52,188 bases of DNA from a virus (Duplodnaviria; Caudoviricetes): positions 1 through 52,188 of IMG/VR virus record IMGVR_UViG_3300032216_001137; one strand, written 5' to 3'. A model generated the notes under the pieces. The model saw only the letters and a program-made list of their open reading frames with translations, was not told where the DNA came from and ran no database searches. The position numbers and the translations under genes are program-made. Shown here one piece after another: positions 46,568 to 52,188 of the stretch (position 1 is the stretch's first letter; each line of letters begins with the position of its first letter).

Positions 46568-47074
46568 TTAGGTATATCTATAATTTGAATTAATATTTCT
46601 AGTGTATTCATAAGAAAGTTTTATTGTAGCGTATAAATAGCCGCCCTCTTCATTACCATATTCTGGAGAAGTAATACTATCTACATAAATATAATGAAAA
46701 TTAAATGGAGAACCGTAAGAATATTTATTTACCTCTCTAGCAGAAATATCAAAACGTCTGAATACATCTTTGATAACTTCCAACATAGACCATAATTCTG
46801 AATATTTTTTACCAATTAATGTTAATGTTGCAGTGTCTGTGCAAATCCAAAATTGAGAATCATAGCCAGTATTTTCTATATCATAAACTATATAAGGCTG
46901 ATCTGGGACAAAATTTTGAAATTCTGGTACTTGTTGTGATGGAATAATTGGATTAAGATAGGAACTAAAACTTTCAACCCAATAATCTGTTTCAGATAAT
47001 ACTGACGCTGATGTAAGTTGATTCCACATATAATTTCTAATATCTGAAAATGGAATTTTAGTATAATCAGCCAT
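46568..47074 (-). CDS. Tail terminator-like protein
   Basis: PIIP.QQ.PEF...PYIVYD; position before the major tail gene. Confidence 0.7.
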   Translation of the reverse strand: MADYTKIPFSDIRNYMWNQLTSASVLSETDYWVESFSSYLNPIIPSQQVPEFQNFVPDQPYIVYDIENTGYDSQFWICTDTATLTLIGKKYSELWSMLEVIKDVFRRFDISAREVNKYSYGSPFNFHYIYVDSITSPEYGNEEGGYLYATIKLSYEYTRNINSNYRYT

Positions 47075-47790
47075 TAAAAACTCCTTGAAAGTCTGTCATA
47101 TTTATCACACACTATTTTAATACATGTATAGATATCAGATGAGTTATAATTATTCATTGACATTGTTTTAGCAATATCTTTTGAAAGTTCATCAAAAATA
47201 CCAGTCTTTCTAATAGCCGGTCCAAGTTTTGAAGATTCCCATTTACCAGTAAATTTTTCAACTGATCTAGTTGTTCTAACGCCACCGGGATTCTTTATCG
47301 TAATAGTAGTACCCTTTGGACGAAAAATTATTTTTCTTCCAGATGGGATAGTAACAATATTTCTGGTAACATATTGTACTGATTGACCAGATTCCATAAC
47401 CTGCGCCTTGTTTTTAAACACAACACTCTTACGAACACTCTTTCCATTTTTATTAGGAGTAGATAAAACTTTTGCAATAGGAACCTTAGTTTTTGAATTT
47501 GTAAAAACAATATCTAATTCTGCAGAATTTTTAGAAGAAATAGTTTTCTTAATTTTAAAAAGTTTATAATCATTTTCTCCAGTATGATTCCATTCATATA
47601 TATGATGAAATTCTTTAGGCCGCGCTCTTGCAGATACATTAATATCTTTAATATATTGTTTAGCAGCGATTGATGATACTGCGCGAGTAATATTATTTAA
47701 ATTTCTACTACTGGGAATACTCCCAAGATCTCTTTCTATTTTAGAAATTTGTCTATCAAATTTTTCTAAATCAATTTTAACTTGTAACAT
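47074..47790 (-). CDS. Neck/tail completion protein (basic)
   Basis: AR..P..FHHIYEW...G...LF, F.NKA.VME.G and NPGG; position. Confidence 0.65.
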   Translation of the reverse strand: MLQVKIDLEKFDRQISKIERDLGSIPSSRNLNNITRAVSSIAAKQYIKDINVSARARPKEFHHIYEWNHTGENDYKLFKIKKTISSKNSAELDIVFTNSKTKVPIAKVLSTPNKNGKSVRKSVVFKNKAQVMESGQSVQYVTRNIVTIPSGRKIIFRPKGTTITIKNPGGVRTTRSVEKFTGKWESSKLGPAIRKTGIFDELSKDIAKTMSMNNYNSSDIYTCIKIVCDKYDRLSRSF

Positions 47791-48217
47791 TATCTTGAAC
47801 ATTCACCCTTTCAAGAGTCACATTATAAAATACAAATCTACCAAATGGGTCTGTCATAGGATGACATGAAACTACCTCAAATATGGTGGGATTCTCAGAA
47901 AATACATCAGTTTCTGTAAATACAATCTGATTATCAGATGTTTTAATATTTGAAATTCTCCACCTTTTAGATAATTTATCCGTAAATTTTCCTCTAAGTT
48001 GTAAATTCTCAGTATACTTACCATTAGAATCATTAAATTTTTTACCGTCACCCCTCATAGACGCACCAGTACTTTTTTGTGGCAATAGGTGACATTTTAC
48101 TGTTTTTTGATATTTCCACGTTCTTAAAATTGCACCAGTAGTTGAATCTTGAGAATTTTCTTGCTCAAATATATCAGCAGACATATTCATTACTGATGAC
48201 ATATATATACTTCTCAT
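47777..48217 (-). CDS. Head-tail stopper-like protein
   Basis: M.ADI..Q...QD..TGAI.R.W...TIFEV...P..DPFG; position. Confidence 0.65.
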   Translation of the reverse strand: MRSIYMSSVMNMSADIFEQENSQDSTTGAILRTWKYQKTVKCHLLPQKSTGASMRGDGKKFNDSNGKYTENLQLRGKFTDKLSKRWRISNIKTSDNQIVFTETDVFSENPTIFEVVSCHPMTDPFGRFVFYNVTLERVNVQDNVTS

Positions 48218-49158
48218 ATTACAACAATCACAATATTCTTATATTGATCTAGAATTGAATCTACAATAGCATTTCCTGTTGAAGAAAACGCTGCTGAATT
48301 TAATTCAAAAGTAACTTCCGTCAAATTAACCTTGCTAAGGTATCTATTTCTCCATTGATAATCATTTGTCAAATAGTCTGATACAAGCATTACTGCAGCC
48401 GCCCGTATGTCTTGAGGAACATAAGGCCAACCAATTGTTCCTACAACACGATATCTTTTATTCTGTTTAAACCTTCCAGTAGAAGATTGATAAATTGGAT
48501 ATTCTGAATAGTTTGCTCTTGGAACATCGCCCGGTAGATTAGAATTAATTATATTAATAGTTTTACCAGTATCAGAAACAATTATACTATCGCCAAGAGC
48601 ATTATATCCAGCACTTGCCCTATATACTAAAACTTCATCTTCATAAATTTCATCAACTGACAACATTCTCTCAGTAAGAGAAAGAGAATCAGCATTAACG
48701 CCGTATTCAGTTTGACTATCATATCTTTTATTAAAATATTGATTGCAATAATTATTTATCTGAATTCTTGCCACTCTTTCAGCAAAGAGTATTTCTTCCG
48801 GCGTTATATAATTTTCATCAGATGGCGATACACCAATTTTTAATTCAGAAATTATTTCTGGAAGAGTAGCATATGGAGTAACCACTGCAGCATAACTATT
48901 CTCAGTTGCTGAAACTGAATTAAAACTATATGACCATTGAATAAGTAAATTTCTATCTACTGAAGAAACGGTTGGAGTAATCTGATAATAATACTGACCC
49001 AGACCCTCTTCATTAATAGCCGTTCCAGTAGCAATTGATGCACTCGTATCAGCATCAAAAACTTTTACTGTTGGTAACGAATCTGTATCAGTAGCAACAT
49101 TATTTTTATAGAAAATCATTTCATGTTTATGAAATGTATTACTAAATACTTCGTGCAA
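48214..49158 (-). CDS. Head-tail adaptor with N-terminal Ig-like domain
   Basis: VVTPYA, AE..AR..I..YC.Q.F, GW.YVP.DI..AA..L and TGN..VD.IL..Y. Confidence 0.75.
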   Translation of the reverse strand: MHEVFSNTFHKHEMIFYKNNVATDTDSLPTVKVFDADTSASIATGTAINEEGLGQYYYQITPTVSSVDRNLLIQWSYSFNSVSATENSYAAVVTPYATLPEIISELKIGVSPSDENYITPEEILFAERVARIQINNYCNQYFNKRYDSQTEYGVNADSLSLTERMLSVDEIYEDEVLVYRASAGYNALGDSIIVSDTGKTINIINSNLPGDVPRANYSEYPIYQSSTGRFKQNKRYRVVGTIGWPYVPQDIRAAAVMLVSDYLTNDYQWRNRYLSKVNLTEVTFELNSAAFSSTGNAIVDSILDQYKNIVIVVI

Positions 49159-49173
49159 TTAAAACGCCTCCGG

Positions 49174-49581
49174 TCAGGAATAATATTCCTGAATTTCTTT
49201 TGGTGTGGCTGGTCTAAAACCTTCTTCTTCATCAAAAATTCTTTGGGCTTGCCAATCTCCCATAGCAACATATGGATGCTCTCTAGTAAAAGTAAAACCA
49301 TTGGTTTCATACATTCCATTCTTCCGATCCATTTTTACTAAAACAGTAGCAGAAGAAGGCTCTGGAATATTTAATTGCTGATTTTTAATTTGAGCAGTAT
49401 TAACATAATCTTCTGGCTCATCTTTTTCTGCTGAGAAAAATTTTACATACAAATCATATGTAACACCTTCTTCATCTAACAGTGTAATCAAAGACTTTTT
49501 AGTCTTGACGGTTTCTGTATCTACGCCAAAACCTTCAGCAACTGTTTTTAATTCATCCAATTTCATTGATTCAAATGACAT
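49174..49581 (-). CDS. Head-associated hypothetical protein with N-terminal HeH/Rho-N-like domain
   Basis: MK..ELK.VAE.FGVD....KTK..LI..L; directly after the capsid gene. Confidence 0.65.
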   Translation of the reverse strand: MSFESMKLDELKTVAEGFGVDTETVKTKKSLITLLDEEGVTYDLYVKFFSAEKDEPEDYVNTAQIKNQQLNIPEPSSATVLVKMDRKNGMYETNGFTFTREHPYVAMGDWQAQRIFDEEEGFRPATPKEIQEYYS

Positions 49582-49605
49582 TTTTTAACCTTTCTATTTA
49601 TAACA

Positions 49606-49614
49606 ATTATATCA
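49606..49614 (-). promoter_or_regulatory. Extended -10 promoter for the head-completion genes
   Basis: TGATATAAT immediately after the capsid terminator. Confidence 0.6.
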
Positions 49615-49616
49615 GA

Positions 49617-49650
49617 AAATAGAAAAGGGAGGGCATAAGCCCTCCCTTTC
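49617..49650 (-). terminator. Rho-independent terminator after the major capsid gene
   Basis: AAAGGGAGGGC-TTAT-GCCCTCCCTTT followed by TCTATTT. Confidence 0.85.
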
Positions 49651-49665
49651 CAAATCTGATAATTA

Positions 49666-50781
49666 TCAGACGCTTGAAGTTGAAACCCACTTCGTATTAG
49701 AAGTTGGACTTGCAAGCGCATATGAATTGCTAACTGTTGATGTAGTCTGAGTTGTCTGTGTACCAGCAACATTGGCAAGACCAATGTTAGTAACAACAAC
49801 ATGTGCATCAAGGTTTTCAATTGCACAACCTACACGAATGTAGAGAGTGTATTCAATTGTATCCTTTTTAGGCTGGAAAGTACGGTAAACCGTAATATCA
49901 CGCTTAATTCCGACAATGAAGTTCTGTGGGAATGTAAGGTGAAGTTCTCCAGTTGTAGTGGACTCTGGCATCAATGGAACATTGATAACAGGAATGCCAA
50001 AAGCAAATGGTGTGATAGTACCGGGACCACCATCGTTTGCAGCAACATCACCACGGATAACGCCGGAAGCAATATCAAATGGGGTACCAAAGTTAGAACT
50101 ATTAGTATTGATTGCAAGGTTGTAGAGGTAATCCTGCACCAAGTTTGAACTTGTGAAGAATCTCAACTGGTTACGACGCTGCTTGTACTTACGGGGAAGG
50201 GCTTTGATTGCCTGATTAAAGACACCCATTCCTAGTGTAGAGTTATAAGCGTTAACGACATAACCACCGGCCTTTGCCTGCTTTGAGAAACCATCAAATG
50301 CTACCAAAAGTGTGTCTGATGATGCAGTATCTCCAGCAATAAGTAGATCTTCTACATCGTTTCCAGCCTGAGTAGCCATCATACGAGCAATATGATCTTC
50401 AAGATCAGTACCTTCAATGTTATCTTCAAGTGTTTCACTGGAAAGTTCCCAGTCAAGACGTAGTTTCTTTGTTGTCAAAGAAACCTTTGAAAAGTAAGCA
50501 TCTGAATTTACGATTGGGTATCCTGAGTCACCTACTGCATAGTTTCTTGGAAGCGCCTGATTAGCCGCACGAAGAATTCTCTGACCGACATTAACCTTGT
50601 CAATTTCTACTGTATCTGACTTCATGCGAATAGTGCGAGCAGCCTTTGTAAGAACAGTAGCATCCCACATGTAGTCAATAAATCTATTTGATTGTTCTGG
50701 GTAGAGAAGACCTCTGTTATCAGAAGTACTATTACCCATATCTGTTGTGTCAATTACTTTTTGAAGTAATTCATTACTCAT
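49666..50781 (-). CDS. Major capsid protein (HK97 fold)
   Basis: GLL.PEQ..RFIDY, L.TKKLRLDWELS.E.LEDNIEG, NDVEDL.I.GD and LP.KY; follows the protease; strong SD. Confidence 0.92.
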   Translation of the reverse strand: MSNELLQKVIDTTDMGNSTSDNRGLLYPEQSNRFIDYMWDATVLTKAARTIRMKSDTVEIDKVNVGQRILRAANQALPRNYAVGDSGYPIVNSDAYFSKVSLTTKKLRLDWELSSETLEDNIEGTDLEDHIARMMATQAGNDVEDLLIAGDTASSDTLLVAFDGFSKQAKAGGYVVNAYNSTLGMGVFNQAIKALPRKYKQRRNQLRFFTSSNLVQDYLYNLAINTNSSNFGTPFDIASGVIRGDVAANDGGPGTITPFAFGIPVINVPLMPESTTTGELHLTFPQNFIVGIKRDITVYRTFQPKKDTIEYTLYIRVGCAIENLDAHVVVTNIGLANVAGTQTTQTTSTVSNSYALASPTSNTKWVSTSSV

Positions 50782-50807
50782 TTCTTTTCACCTACCTTTC
50801 AAATTTT

Positions 50808-52079
50808 TTATAGGTCTTGGACGTTGAGGAAGTGTCCATTCCAAATGCTTTTTTGGATTTTAATTTCTTCTGATGCCCCTTCAGGGTCATTAGATTTCTT
50901 TACAGCAGTGGATGACTCGTAAGCATCCATTCTATTCTGTAGAGAACTTACTGACTTTGATAAATCTGCACAAGTTGTACTAAGTTCATCGATAGACTTG
51001 CTGATGTTTGTACTCATCTCAGAGATGATTTCATCAACACTCTTAACATTACTTCCACCGATTGCCTTAGCAACGCCAGCATCAATCTTTTCAGTAATGG
51101 TTTCCTTTAGTTCATCTAGCATCTTTACAAGGTCAAAATCTTCAGTTACCTCTGGATCAGCAGACTTCTCAATAACATCATCTTCTACTGTTTCTTCAAC
51201 AGTTTCTTCAGCAGAATCCGACTCTTCTAGAACGTCTACTGTCTCATCGGAAACTTCTTCAGTAGCAATTTCTTCTACTTCATCAACACTTTTTTCAAGA
51301 TCTGTTGATTCTACTGAGAGTTCTTTAGACATGTCTGTACCTCCTTTGGTTTTATTATTTAAATACTTATTTACAACTGATTCTATATCTTCAGATTTAG
51401 TATTCTCAATACTTTCTATCCAACCAATATTTGTCATTGTTTCATTACAGGCGGCACAGGTCGATGTATCTGAATTAGAAGAAATAGCAATTTCATCTGA
51501 AGAACACCAAAAAACATTTTCTGTTTCTATCTCTGTCGCAGTACCTTTGTAAATAAGACCATCAATTCCTTTTTGAATTGAAAAAATGTTTGCTAACGGA
51601 TTAGCAGGATTATCAACAAGGCTGAGTTCGTAAAGTTCGTAATCATTAATCTTTCTAATAGATTTATCTAATTCTTTACTAAATTCATCCTTTGCCTCAA
51701 TAATATTACCACCAATTGAAAAACCTGTTAGGGTACCGTCCAGAACCTTTTCCCAAGTATCCTGCGCCCCCTTAGAAATATATGTAGTTACAAAAACTCC
51801 ATTATAGGTTTGTCCACTAGGTTTATCATAAAAATTTTGTTGTTTAAACGAAACAACTTTGCCGACTGCTACAGGCTGATGCATTTCCCTCAAGTTTCCT
51901 CTGAAACGATCAAATGCTTTCTGTGAAGCCTCTGCAGTTACAACGTCTCCATGACGATCTAAGTTATCAAGCGAGGCAAATCCAGAGACTGTTCTAGTCT
52001 CTTTATCTATTTTTAAAAAGGGAACAGAAATATTAATTCTGTTTCCATCCTCATGCCATTCGGCTTTTTGAATGTCCAT
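50808..52079 (-). CDS. Prohead protease (HK97-type) fused to an acidic scaffold region
   Basis: VSGFAS.DN.DRHGD, REMH, GFSIGG and ELSLVD.PAN; acidic coiled-coil C-terminal half. Confidence 0.9.
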   Translation of the reverse strand: MDIQKAEWHEDGNRINISVPFLKIDKETRTVSGFASLDNLDRHGDVVTAEASQKAFDRFRGNLREMHQPVAVGKVVSFKQQNFYDKPSGQTYNGVFVTTYISKGAQDTWEKVLDGTLTGFSIGGNIIEAKDEFSKELDKSIRKINDYELYELSLVDNPANPLANIFSIQKGIDGLIYKGTATEIETENVFWCSSDEIAISSNSDTSTCAACNETMTNIGWIESIENTKSEDIESVVNKYLNNKTKGGTDMSKELSVESTDLEKSVDEVEEIATEEVSDETVDVLEESDSAEETVEETVEDDVIEKSADPEVTEDFDLVKMLDELKETITEKIDAGVAKAIGGSNVKSVDEIISEMSTNISKSIDELSTTCADLSKSVSSLQNRMDAYESSTAVKKSNDPEGASEEIKIQKSIWNGHFLNVQDL

Positions 52080-52088
52080 CTTATTTAA

Positions 52089-52116
52089 ATAATAACAACA
52101 TATTGAAATAAATCAA
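52089..52116 (-). promoter_or_regulatory. Promoter for the protease/capsid genes, probably near-leaderless
   Basis: TTGATT-N16-TATTAT with TG extension, ending 9 nt before the ATG; no SD. Confidence 0.5.
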
Positions 52117-52122
52117 AATCTG

Positions 52123-52188
52123 TTATACTTGCCTTCCGTCGCCTTTAGGATTTCTGGAATTTCCAGTTTGATCTGGAGCCGTTGCTTG
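52123..52188 (-). CDS. 3' end of the upstream gene, probably portal
   Basis: Reads QATAPDQTGNSRNPKGDGRQV*; position before the prohead protease. Confidence 0.55.
   Translation of the reverse strand, partial: QATAPDQTGNSRNPKGDGRQV

Noticed and set aside
49655-49670. Perfect 16-bp palindrome TCTGATAATTATCAGA over the capsid stop codon
   Set aside because: Single full copy, AT-rich and next to a real terminator; no support for an operator role.
364-51552. All plus-strand ORFs and short alternative-frame minus-strand ORFs in the track
   Set aside because: They overlap well-supported minus-strand genes and read like codon-bias shadows, with no motifs or SDs.
1-52188. tRNA, rRNA or integrase/att features
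   Set aside because: Intergenic gaps are short and explained by promoters and terminators; no cloverleaf or recombinase recognised.

Overview
This is a 52-kb slice of a large tailed dsDNA phage (siphovirus-type), with every credible gene on the minus strand. In transcription order (right to left) it holds three modules. (1) Morphogenesis: portal 3' end, prohead protease/scaffold, major capsid, head-tail connectors, major tail, tail chaperone with a -1 frameshift, a 2914-aa tape measure, baseplate/minor tail proteins and a 2489-aa tail fibre. (2) Replication/recombination: metallophosphoesterase, holin, DnaB-like helicase, primase, SSB, DnaE, MazG-like, RecA, Cas4-like nuclease and two resolvase-like proteins. 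(3) A very AT-rich, translationally coupled cluster of at least 12 glycan genes running off the left edge: GDP-mannose 3,5-epimerase-like, three methyltransferases, GT17, GT11, DUF5672, three GT-A enzymes, HddA heptose kinase and GmhA. Gene content and order resemble large actinobacterial siphoviruses (inference). The lead hypothesis is a phage-encoded virion glycosylation system using a heptose-containing, methylated glycan. Support: exterior virion proteins are dense in [S/T/N]-A-S and S-G-S tripeptides, the capsid has a Ser/Thr-rich C-terminal tail, and AGCT and CCWGG appear purged from the DNA, which argues against the sugars protecting the genome. Separately, short high-GC3 patches sit on catalytic/intein-type motifs of DnaE, primase and RecA. 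All counts are hand counts and no database searches were run.
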